This document shows positions 25,118-36,249 of a DNA stretch of 64,000 nt, piece after piece. The stretch covers positions 317,904 through 381,903 of the forward strand of contig NW_003314289.1 in NCBI RefSeq assembly GCF_000143415.4, read 5' to 3'. Numbering within the stretch: the stretch's first letter is position 1; each line of letters opens with the position of its first letter. Origin of the DNA: Selaginella moellendorffii (Eukaryota; Plantae; Lycopodiophyta). Both the position numbers and the translations under genes were made by a program. The notes under the pieces were generated by a model. That model ran no database searches and was not told the DNA's origin. It saw only the letters and a list, made by a program, of their open reading frames with translations.

Positions 25118-26644
25118 ATGGTGGACTCATACCGGTTAGTCAAGTGGACAACAGTTCTAACATCACAGGTCAGAGCCGGACATATACTGGAAGCGAAACA
25201 GATATTTGATGGAGTCCCACAAAGAGACATGGTACTGTGGAACTCGATGCTTTACTGCTACGCACAGAACGGGCATCTCACTGACGCAAAGCAGATTTTC
25301 CAGGACATGCCCGAGCACAGCATCTCTTCCTGGACTTCGATGATACTTGGATATGCCCAGAGAGGGTACGTAACAAATGCCAGGCGAGTTTTCGACGAGA
25401 TGCCTCAGCACGATCTTATCTCGTGGACTTCTATGCTCAGTGCCTATTCTCAAGCGGGAGAAACCGAGTCGGCTGTGGAGATCTTCCAGAGAATGCCGGA
25501 GAGGAACCAAGTCTCGTGGAATTCGATGCTAGCTTTATATGCACAGGGTGGGGACCTTGAGAAAGCCAAGCAGGTGTTCGATGACATGCCAGAGAAGAAC
25601 TTCTACGTATCGACGACGATGCTTTGCGCATATGCTCGCAGCGGGTATTTGCATCAAGCCAGGGACTTACTGGATGGAATGCCACAGGTGGATCTAGTAA
25701 CTTGGAACTCGATTCTATCGGCTTACGCTAAGCAGGGCCGGGTCCAGGAAGCTCAAGAGTTCGTCGAGAGGATGCCACTGAAGAACCTGGTAACTCTCAA
25801 CTCCTTGCTCTCGGCATACTCTCAAGCTGGACGATTCGAAGAGGCTAGAAAGCTGTTTGAAGAAGGGATGCCGTGCTGGAATATGGTATCGTGGAACATC
25901 ATGCTCCGTGCTTATGCCGAGAGAGAGCTCACGGTTGCTACCAAGAGGATCTTCGATCGAATGCCACAGCGGGGTTTAGTCTCGTGGACGTGTATGCTCG
26001 AGGCTTTTGCTCGGTGTGGGCACCTGGAGGAGGCCAAGCAGATCTTTGACACCATGCCCGAGAGAGCTATAGCTTCCTGGAACTCGCTAATGCTGGGATA
26101 TGCCCAGAGAGGGTATATCGACGAGGCAAAGGAGGTGTTTCGTGGAGTACCCGAGAAAGATCTGGTGCTTTGGAACTCCATGCTCTGGACTCTACACAGG
26201 AGCCTGGAAGAAGCTAAGGTTTTGTTCGATGCGATGCCTTGCCGGGATCTTTTCAGCTGGAGCACGATGGTGGCAGCTTATGCGTCTAGAGGGATCATAG
26301 ATTACGCGAAGAAGCTGTTTGATAGACAGCCAGAAAGAGATGGTGTCTCGTGGAGCGCGCTCCTGTGTGGTTATTGTATCAGGGAGGAATTTTGTAGAGT
26401 TTTCGAGTTGTTTGGCTTGCTGGGGATGGCTAACGCTCCAGAGGAGGTGTGTTTTGTGGCCGTGTTGAGTGCTTGTAGCCATGATGGTATGGTTTATACT
26501 GGGAGGAGTCACTTCATGAGTTTGATGTTTGATTTTGATATGAAGCCCACAAAGCAACACTACTGGTGTATGGTTGATATGCTTGGCAGGGCTGGATATA
26601 TAGTTGATGCCCACGAGTTGGTCAACAATATGCCATTCTTATGA
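25118..26644 (+). CDS. PLS-class pentatricopeptide repeat (PPR) protein, truncated before an intact E/DYW domain
   Basis: Tandem ~31-aa repeats of the form SWxSMLxAYAQxG..EAKxIFDxMP, ending with FVAVLSACSHDG...HYWCMVDMLGRAG...MPF. Confidence 0.9.
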   Translation: MVDSYRLVKWTTVLTSQVRAGHILEAKQIFDGVPQRDMVLWNSMLYCYAQNGHLTDAKQIFQDMPEHSISSWTSMILGYAQRGYVTNARRVFDEMPQHDLISWTSMLSAYSQAGETESAVEIFQRMPERNQVSWNSMLALYAQGGDLEKAKQVFDDMPEKNFYVSTTMLCAYARSGYLHQARDLLDGMPQVDLVTWNSILSAYAKQGRVQEAQEFVERMPLKNLVTLNSLLSAYSQAGRFEEARKLFEEGMPCWNMVSWNIMLRAYAERELTVATKRIFDRMPQRGLVSWTCMLEAFARCGHLEEAKQIFDTMPERAIASWNSLMLGYAQRGYIDEAKEVFRGVPEKDLVLWNSMLWTLHRSLEEAKVLFDAMPCRDLFSWSTMVAAYASRGIIDYAKKLFDRQPERDGVSWSALLCGYCIREEFCRVFELFGLLGMANAPEEVCFVAVLSACSHDGMVYTGRSHFMSLMFDFDMKPTKQHYWCMVDMLGRAGYIVDAHELVNNMPFL

Positions 26645-27250
26645 TATCAGCGAAAATAATTTTAAATAACTAATTAAGTATACATACACACACACATGCC
26701 ACTTTGCACTGCAAGACGTTAGTTTATTATACGATAACTGATGTGAGCAGAAGCTAGGGTTGGCTTGGAGAAAATGTGATTGTGGGGAAGTTTTTGTATG
26801 TTAGAGGACGAGGAGGAAGTGGGGACCTATTATGTGCTGATGGGTTGGCACATTTTGCGCGAAACCATAGCATGAACTAGTTAGAAAACAAAATGCTACA
26901 ACTAGAGTGTCATTTATTGTACCTACCATTTATGATAGTAATGAGGAAATGAATAAAATTATGCTAATGAAAAAGAAATAATGGTGTTTGCAAATTGCCA
27001 GGTCAAAGCTGGTGGACAGATAAAGATGGAATAGTGCATTCTTTTATAATTGGAGAAAAAACTCCTTAAAATAAATCAATTAATGAAAAATGTGAAACAA
27101 CACCAAGAGCATTATGAATATGATCTGAAAATAATGTTAAATAATATTGATAGTGTTACAAAAGAGAATACGCATTGTGAAAAGCTAGCAATAGCATATG
27201 CTTTGTAAAAATATAACAAAAAAAAATTATCCAAATTGTGAAAAGTCTTA
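26645..27250 (+). pseudogene. Decayed E/E+/DYW deaminase extension of the PPR gene
   Basis: PG box KLPGQSWW..DGIVHSFIIGE at ~26992-27060 and catalytic-motif remnant HCEKLAIAYAL* at 27173-27208. Interrupted by stops and frameshifts; no CxxCH or DYW end recognised. Confidence 0.75.
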
Positions 27251-27251
27251 T

Positions 27252-28823
27252 TGTTAGTGTAGCACACCTTATCTCTCTCCGGGCAATTGCTTGATAAAGA
27301 AAACTCAATAATTATTTTATCCCTATTATTTTAGTATATCCAAATCTTATCCAATGATCACATGTGCTACATTCAAGGGTAGGGTAGGTGTCAATATTTC
27401 AATTTGCTATTTGATTCTTTCTCTTCACCTTTTGCTCTTTCCCAACCTTTTCTTATTTTTCGGCCTAAGCTACCTTCTCATATTCATAAAATTTCTTTTT
27501 CATTTGCAATGCTTTCTTCTCTTGGCACGTCAATCATTTGTAACTCTCATGATTCTCATTCTCAATCATATTCATAATATTTCTTTTTCATTTGCAATGC
27601 TTTCTTCTCTTGGCACATCAATCATTTGTAACTCTCATGATTCTCATTCTCAGTCCAATGTTGAGTTGAGTGTTTTCTGTCCTCCTCATACTAATATAGA
27701 TCTTGATTATTCATGAAGTTGAAAATCTTACTTCTGTTTCATTAGCAAAGTCTTTGATCAATTCTAGTGTTAAGTATTCCCCTATTCCAATGGTTGAGTC
27801 ACTTTGGCCAGAGTTTCGGGTTAAATGCATATTCTTACTTGTGAATGCTACTGAGAGCCTTTGTTTTACTATTGCTACTAAGGAATTTAAATATTCCTTT
27901 GAAAGTGTGGATGTTGTTATTGATTTTCCTATCTAAAGTATTAAGTTATGTGTTAAGGAGATTGAGTGGTGTAAATCATTTGTTTATATTGTGGTGGCCA
28001 AAGTATTTTATGATAGGAAGTTCCCTATTTTCCAAGTTTTAAGCACATGTTCTTCTAATTTCCCCATTTCTGCATTGTCAATTGTTGCAAATTCCTCTTT
28101 TGATGCTTCTTTATCTATTTTTTTCTTCTATAATTGTTTTTCTCAATTTTTCTCGTTTTTTCCTCTTTGCCCTAACACTTCAAACTTTTTTTTCTTCTTC
28201 GGAGGGGGTAGAGGGGACGGATGGGAATTTGGCCCCAACGATGGAGTGAGGATGAGTACATATGGTAGTGGAGCGAGGATGAATGACATGGATTGTGGAG
28301 TAAGGATGAGTATAGTGAATCTGAATGGACCTAACGTAATAAGGTCAAACATATACAATAGTGGAGTGAGGCTAAATATAGATGGTGGAGTGAAAACGAG
28401 CATAGCAAGTCCAAATAGAGCCAGTGTTTCAAAACTTTTTTTCCTTTAGAGAGGGGATAAAGAAAATGTGGAGGATGAACTGAATGAATCCAACTTCCCT
28501 AGTTCAAAGTTATAGTTGTGTGGTTAGTTTAAACATTTAGGAGTTGTATATGGTTGCAACTGGTTCATGGAAGTTCTGTAGGTGGCTAATGCTTATGCTA
28601 TGGTTTTGGATTTTATTTCAATCATGGTTATCAACAACTTTGTTAATGATTTTTTAGGAGCTTTAGATTTTTGTAATAGTTTATAATCACCTAACAGAAG
28701 CTTCAGATGTTCCACCTGACTTATTATCATCACCTTTTTCATCTTTCGGAGGGGAGGATGGTGTAAGGTTTGTAAATACATATATGTATATACATGTATT
28801 ACCCTAGCTAGGTAATACACTAA
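27252..28823. mobile_element. Unclassified, degenerate repeat or TE-like insertion truncating the DYW remnant
   Basis: AT-rich decayed sequence with an internal ~75 bp direct repeat (27492-27564 / 27579-27653) and short terminal inverted match TTAGTGTA / TACACTAA. No clear TSD. Confidence 0.35.
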
Positions 28824-29637
28824 TTATAGTATCTGTCCATTTAGGACTCAATCTAGTCCATCCATTCTTATATATAAGCATAAGTCTAAACCCTAATTAA
28901 TATATATCCCAAGCACTCACATAGCTAAATTACATTATTTAATAATTTTAAAAAGTGATTGTGTGAAGGATATTTGAAAATCAAAACTAAACCACCTTAA
29001 TAAAAGAACGTAATAATAATAATAATTTCATGAACCAATCATTCTAACAAAACAAAACCAAATGCCCTCCCGACAAGAATGGTCTTGTTAGATTCTGCAT
29101 TATTCATTCAACTGGCAAGAACTTTGTTGATTGCACAAAGGTGCCAGGTCTTCCCCTGTTATGTGATTTACTGGATTTCATCTTGAATAAGTAGTGTTCT
29201 TTGAGAATATTTATATATTGTGCAGAAGAGCACCATGTACAACCAGTTCGTGGCCACGTTTGACAAGGATGAACACTTTGCGACTTCATGAAGCCGCTTG
29301 GTGTCATCAAGACCAGGTACAAGAATGCCCATCAGTGAACGGATTTGAGTTCCAAAAGTTTTGGCCGTTAAGCTTGTTGAGGCAACGTTAACGAGAACTC
29401 ATTCTGAGAGAAAACGGCGATTTTGAAAAAAAAAACGACTGGTCAATGTGAGGATCCGAGTTTAAAACCCCCCGCGAGATACAAGTCTGACTCTCAAGCT
29501 GGAAAACGAACGACAGACACCTTAGGCAAATATGAACATATGGTCTTACGTACACGGGAAAATCCATATCGCTAAGCTGAAATGCTGTTGCCTGCAAGCT
29601 GGAGCCGTACCATGGACCGACCAAGGCCTAATATTGA

Positions 29638-31016
29638 TTATTGTTTTGAAGGACGACGTAGTGAAAGACGAGGCAACCAACGCAACAAGCACCGCCATAG
29701 TTGAGTGGCTGGAGGATGATCTTCGAGCACAACTTTAGTACCTTTACGAACAGGCCTCAATGCAGGTCCTATCAACCAGCTTACAAAAGCACCACCTACA
29801 AAACCTCCCAGCTGCAGAAGGGAAAACAAAAACAATCAAACACAAAGAATTTTGAGACAGAAAGGCTTACATGTCCCCAGTTGTCCACTTCATGTGACAT
29901 CAAACCACGAACCTGGTTCAACCACGGACTTCAGGAAGAACAGGAGGAGGAAACGAAACTGAGTACAATGTTATAAGCTACGGTGCGTGAATTTCCTGTG
30001 CCTTGTTCAGCAATTTCCTGTGCCTGAAGGAGTAGACAGCAAGGGCTCCAATCTGCACTACACAGAGGGTGAGATGCATGTGAGCAGCGTCAGTTCATCA
30101 ATACCAGGCCACAAATCGCTCCTGAAGCGCCAACTGCTGGTGACTTACACATGAGGAAGCTCAGGCAAGGAGCTGCAACAACGATTTTGAGATGGTTCTG
30201 TGTTGTTAAGTCTCGACTTACTAGTAACAGCGGCAACAGCAAACACCACCAAGAACCTCTTGGATCCTCCCAGTGACTCCAAATGTGGACCCAGGGAGTG
30301 TACAGAGTAGCAGGTCAACTGCAAAACAGTCCGAGTCCATTAACATTCTAGCTAGCGTGCAACTGACCAGGAGGTGTATCAAGTTGACGTGAAGGAAGGC
30401 GGGCGTAAGAAGTCTCCAAATCTGGCCTTTTGCAATCAAGCTATTCACCTCTGACGCTACTGCGGAGCTTTGAGCTCTAGCCAACTGATTAAGCCACAGA
30501 GTACCTTTGCTCCCCAGAGGATAAGCCGGTTTTCAGTACCGATCACAATATGCGCCATGAAAGCTCTGCATATACACAGATCGATTGTCAGGAAATATCC
30601 ATCGAAAAACATAGCACTTGCAGTCCGACTTAATATCACATTGGCTGCAAGTATCACATTCATCCACAACCGTACAGGTGGGTTTCCTGGGAGAGGCGAC
30701 TGTACTGGGAATGCATTACCTGAAAACAGTTCCACTGGTAAAATCATAATCTGGAAGAAGAAAACCAAAAAAAAAAAAGAAAGAAATACAAAAATAAAAT
30801 AAAATTTGACCTTTGCGTGCAGCCCGGATCTGAACGATGCTTAATCGCGTTTTCAATGCGACCGCGGGTGACTTGCAATAGATATTGGCCAAAACTTACA
30901 GCTAAGTTGCAAACAAGACAAACACGTACCTGGACATTGGGGATGTGAATCTGATGAATCTTGAAACAATGCTGAGCGCGATTCACCGGTAGCGCCAAAA
31001 CTTGCGCCCTTGCCAT
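29638..31016 (-). CDS. Rhomboid-like intramembrane serine protease, RBL10-like (plastid); apparent frameshift near 29985
   Basis: Spliced exons: LILWGAK|VNSLIAKGQIWRLLTPAFLHVNLIHLL|LTCYSVHSLGPHLESLGGSKRFL, PAVGASGAICGL (catalytic GxSG), VDNWGH|LGGFVGGAFVSWLIGP. Confidence 0.85.
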
Positions 31017-31525
31017 GAGAGTGACCCGGAACCCAAAGCAATCTGAAAACCTAGGGCTTCAGTGTGTTCAAAATGAGATGGATATTCCTTGGCAGGAATA
31101 GAAAATTCCTGAACATTCCTTGAATATACCAAATAGAATATTCCTGAACGGGTAAAACTCCATTTTATTGTTTTTACAGCACAAGTGAAATATTATCTCC
31201 ATTTTGGGATATTTCAACATTCATGGTCTGCATCATCGCTGCGCTCTATATATATTCATATACTCAGCAGAAAAAAACTTTAAGGCTAATAAATATATAT
31301 GTGTCTAACGTAATCCTATATGCTTGCTGTTGCAAACTGGTGAACTACAGCCTTAGAGATGCAGCCTTCACAATCGATCTACAATCTGGTGTTGCCACAG
31401 TGTAGAAATTGCGCACAGCTTTGAAACTTGCTATAGAGTAGCAAAGGCATGTAAAAATCTGCCTTGAACTTATTTCTTTTATATCATGAATCTTCATGAC
31501 CTATTGGGTTGCAGCCAAAAAAATT

Positions 31526-32090
31526 TGATGACTGAAAAGCCCCATTCATCATCACTACTGTCCAGTTGTATATAAAGCCTCTTGTAAATAAGCACACGGT
31601 AATGTGTTCGGACAAATTGTACCAATGACACAGGGAACTGGTGCGATACTCGTCTATCACATTATCTACTCAGGTGGAATTTAGTAGTTAGCTTCAATAG
31701 CTTTTTGAATTCCCGGAGTCCAGTTCACCTTACTATGGTGGTCCACGTTTTGAACATGGTTGAAATGTCCAAAGTTGTCACTATCTGACTGGAGCCAGCC
31801 CATGTCAGTCACCTTTACTGAAACTGTCAACCTTTTCAGAGTAGAGCTTCAACACTTCAAACGCATAAGGTTTTGAAGTTGAACCAAGGTGAATATATAA
31901 ACCTTAAATTTCTTGTAGCTTAAAGCTGTGTACAAATTGTACAGTGTGCAGCTAATTGCACCAAAATATAATTTTCAGCTGCACACTGTACAATTTGCAC
32001 AGTGACAATTTTGTTATATTAGCCTTGGTTTTTTTCTTGACAGAATCCCACCTCAAGACAAATAGGATGAATGGGGCTTTTCAGTCATCA
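31526..32090. repeat. 25-bp perfect inverted repeat pair enclosing an internal 21-bp-stem hairpin
   Basis: TGATGACTGAAAAGCCCCATTCATC (31526-31550) pairs with GATGAATGGGGCTTTTCAGTCATCA (32066-32090). The inner stem is 31933-31953 / 31977-31997. Confidence 0.85.
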
Positions 32091-32296
32091 CTTATTGGCT
32101 GGTACATCTTTCATACAGCCACATTGCTTACCTTTGGCATGGAATCTCAGGCTGCCTCACTAAGTTTCCTTCTGTCAAAAGAAGGGAGGGCAAAGGGGAC
32201 CTCTAACTAAGTTACTTTCTTTGGTAGTGCATAGCTCGACGCATCTCTTGTCTGTCTAATATCCAGAGTCACTCTAGATCCGTAGTGCTAGCGATC

Positions 32297-33362
32297 ATGG
32301 GCTCCTACATCTCAATCCACAACAACACTCCGGACACTTACTTGGTGAAGGTTGGCCACGACGAAGCAGCCCTCAGCATTGCAACCATTGTCACTGGTCT
32401 AATCGGGGCACTCGCTGCTATCATCGTCAGTGCAGGGGCACTCTCCGGTGTCTCAGCTGCTCTGGTCGCAAATGGGGTGGTGAGCGTGTTTGGCATCTCC
32501 ACTGGCGCCATAGCCACCATCACGGCGGCTGCTGCAAGCATCAAAGTCATTTCAATCGGCGCCACGGTTGTGGACTGGGCGGCTGCCACAGTTCTCTTCA
32601 TCACCAACCAGGTGCAGGCTGACGGCGGATATTATGAGATCCTCCCAGGTGAATTCCAAGTCCCGCTGAGCTGCTTGAAATCTGGTGCTTGCAAATGCTA
32701 AACTTGTTGAGCTTCTTTGATAATTCTCACAGGGCAGAAGCGGACGTACGGCAGGTATACTTTGTCACTGTGGCGCCAGGGGACCTGCCATAGGATCCGA
32801 GTGAACCCGGACAACCCAGAGCAGGTGATCACCGATGTGGTGTATATGAGGCCAATCTTCAGTGGTGCGACAAATAATTCTGTTCTGGAGCACAACATCC
32901 AGCACTGGATCGACAGATGGGGCCATGAAAATCAGCACGTCGTCACTTTGCAGAAGGTCTGGGCATGGAGTCTCGCAAAGTCTCGCAAACCTTGAACTTT
33001 ATGCTTAAGTTTCATTGTTTCCTTCCTTATGGTGTCTGCAGGAAAATTTTTCCCTTTCCAGCAGGAACATTTCGTTTGTGGATGGCCAGCTGCGAGCGGA
33101 ATGTCGGGATTCTAGCTGGCGCTGGCACAATGCTGTCATGGACCTCAACTATTACTACGAGAATATTAATGGCGTTGTCAAGACTGCAAAGAGAAAGCCG
33201 GGGAATTTTACGCTCTCGTGCTCCGAGATGGAGCTCAAAGGCGCTAAGATTTTCGGATTGGCAGAGACCGAGGACAAACGGAAGATCAAGTTTGAGCTGG
33301 ATCTGGACATTGACATCGCCAACAAGGAAGGCAGGCTCATATGCAACGACCTCGCTATATAG
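32297..33362 (+). CDS. Unknown N-terminal domain with long hydrophobic segment fused to a C-terminal CVNH (cyanovirin-N homologue) lectin domain; 3 exons, 298 aa
   Basis: Exons 32297-32648, 32733-32956 and 33042-33362 join in frame via GT-AG introns. Exon 3 has two CVNH pseudo-repeats: NFSLSSRNI..GQLRAEC..DLN..NING and NFTLSC..LDLD..IANKEGRL. Confidence 0.82.
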
Positions 33363-34342
33363 CTGTGTCGTCTCCGTTTCCATCATGAACCCAAACGAAT
33401 CCAAGTTGAATCTTATGGTACCAAATAAATAGCAGCGGATTCGGCATATTTATATTTGAGCATTTTGCATCAAGTGCTTCAGTTCCACAAGCTTTCCAAC
33501 CATATCTAAACACTGTTAAATAACTGAAATTTGCAAATAAGCTACATGATAGAAATCTGTAGCCAGAGTAATTCATATGTGTGCTACTGTTGTAATTTGT
33601 ATTTAATCTACATTGATAACATTATATCAATTTGAAGAGAACAGCATCAGAAGAAAGCTGAACCAGTTGGTGACTTTTTTGCAATTCCTGGTACGTCGAC
33701 GGCTTTAGTCGGGGCAAGTGGGCAAGTGAGCTCTGTTATTCACCTGATTTTAAGATTCTACGACCAAGGAACGCCAAATATAAGCTTGGCACACAAAGCC
33801 AGTCCCATACTCGGTAGTGGGTACCTGCAAAAAAACAGAGGTGAGCACAAAGTTGCACACTAAAGTGAAACTTCAAGCAATTTTACCTCCTATGACACCT
33901 TATTGTCTGTGCTGTCATGGTTGGTTTGGCTGTTCTAGCTGAGACTGGGAAGATTTTTGGAGAGAGTTCAAAACTTTGGCAGGTAATTCAAATGAATGGA
34001 ATATCCCTATATTACCCGCCCCGACCTGCATATTCCTACTAATCAAATTCAAAACACGACACCTTTGGAACAGCTGTTTCAAAGCAGCAACAAACAGAAG
34101 AGAAAAGAAAGACCCTTGTCGCTGTGCATTCGATCGAGAAGCACAGTGCCGCTTTTTTGAAGCTTCCACAAGTACACGGCACTGGGCGTGCCACAGCAAA
34201 TATGACTTTGTGCAAGTATTCTGCTGTCCTGCCTACTGCAGTTATTGAAATTAAAGCAACATATATTAATATTCAGACACTCAGATCAATCCAGCAAATC
34301 GGCCAGCAAACCACGATTCTCTTACAACAACCTCAAATTCAG

Positions 34343-35900
34343 CTAGAGCCCCAGCGAGAATGGAAAGTTAGTCCCCCCCAACCAATCCGAGCCCGAAATG
34401 AAGCTACCTGGAGTGTATTTGCTGGCTTCGGCGTAGGAATTCAGCTGTCTCGACCAGCTAACTCTGCTTCCAGTTCCAGAGCCGGGGCCTTTGCATTGAT
34501 ACTCCGCATAGAAGAGGGTCTTCAGTGCGAAGTTTCCGCTCCAAGCAAGCCATCCTGCTGGATCTATGACTGAGCTCTCGTAGCATCTCAGGAACACGGT
34601 CCTTGAGTATTACTTCCACGGCCTTCCTAGATAAGTTTGTGTACCACTCTTCTTCAGATCATCCGTCCCATCCAGCGTACAGTCTTGGAAAGCGAGTCCC
34701 GTGTTCTGATTCGGATCAGTTCTTCCCTGTGCAGTCAGTGTGTTCTTCTGTTTGTCCATGGGTACGCGGGCCAGAATTGTGCAGCTCTGGAAAACAGCTG
34801 CTGCATCCCCAAAGATGAAATCTACGGTTCCATAAACTGTGCATTCCCTGTAGAACTGCCGCATTACGTGAGTGTAAAGTGTATCCTGGTAGCCTTCGAA
34901 TGTGCACTTGTAGAAAGCAACTTTGTCTGCGCTCACGCGAAGTGGCACGGCCTGCTGCTTCGCAGCACCAGCTGTGTTTTGGATTGTCAAGTCTCTACAA
35001 AGAAATCCTCGTCCATTAATTTCTGCAAATCGAAAGTCACTTTTAGAAATGACAATATCAAGATCATTGACAATACCCACCAACAGTGGCAGTCCTGAAT
35101 GTTGTCACTCGGTCTTGAACACTTTTGGACCCAGTAATAATAGTCTTCCCTGCTCCGTCTCCCACGAACATGAGGTTCGTCTTCGACTTGGGAACGGAGA
35201 CCTTCTCTTTGTAAGTTCCTGCTTTGATGTAGATGACATATGTGCTAGCACTCTTGCTAGGAGCAGCAGCAATTGCAGCCGATATCGTGGTAACTTCCAT
35301 CTTGACCAACCACCACGTTGGCCGTAACTACTTTCTCCGGAGGTTTAGTCAGAAACTTTGGTACCCAGCTGGTATCGCTGTCTGAACTGATCCGAGATTG
35401 TCTTAGTGGTTCCCTTTCGAATGCAACTTCATCACGGATCACAGATATTCATACCTGGATGAGTTCTGCTCTTACGTATCATCCAACATGCTTCGATGGT
35501 CTGAGCCAGGTGTCTCCAGGAAAAGACGTGTTGGCAAAAATGAAGCGAGAAGGGAACAAGGTCGGGAAGACGATAAGCACCGCCCTTTCTTTTCTGTCTA
35601 CAATAAGTTTGGATTCATCTTTTGATTCCAACTTGATTCAGATGCATCTGTGAGCATTTCCGTGCAGTCATCCAACGTATTCTAGCCTGCTTCTTTGACT
35701 TGCTAGTCGTCAATTTGGCTTGATCCGCATGTGGACCAGGAATTGCTCCTCCCAACGTCTCGGACATCTGAAGTTCTTCGTTCACTCCATCCAGGGCTTG
35801 TGATGCAGAATTTGGGGTCTGGAGCAGATTCGTAACAAGCTTGCTGAGGCTTCAGCTGACAATTCAGAGACATGGATGTGCTCCTCCAGGCAACTTTGAG
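34343..35900 (-). pseudogene. Type I pectin methylesterase (PMEI pro-region + PME) pseudogene with internal inversion
   Basis: PME motifs YVIYIKAGTYKE, FVGDG, QAVPLRV, YQDTLY, DFIFG and YLGRPWK are followed by a premature stop (34610-34612), with a frameshift near 35290. PMEI motifs LDDCTEML (- strand) and TWMSSALTYHPTCFDG (+ strand) lie on opposite strands. Confidence 0.88.
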
Positions 35901-36249
35901 TCCGGTTTATAACACCCTTGGCACTTAATATGACCAACTTCCATCGCAACATTTCAAGCAAGCTTATCCTCCGCTTCAGTCCAACCGTGCGAGATGTGAT
36001 AGGGGACCATACTTGCATGTGTCTGAAAATTTTTCCTCCCCCTGACATTCCTTTCTTCATTTTCCCTGCCACGAGATGGAGATATGCCACCAGACAACAC
36101 TCTTAAGCACAAACTTACTGTGACTTATTGCTACCAACCATCTTTCGGAGATACCACACGTTGAACGAACCACCGTAACAGATACGCGAGAACGAGCACA
36201 TGTTTCCCTGCTATTGCCGTGAACCTACAAAACTACAATCTACCTGTAG

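Noticed and set aside
28820-28860. Possible resumption of the DYW domain after the insertion (S-I-C-P)
   Set aside because: No CxxCH, HHF or DYW motifs follow and no convincing TSD is present.
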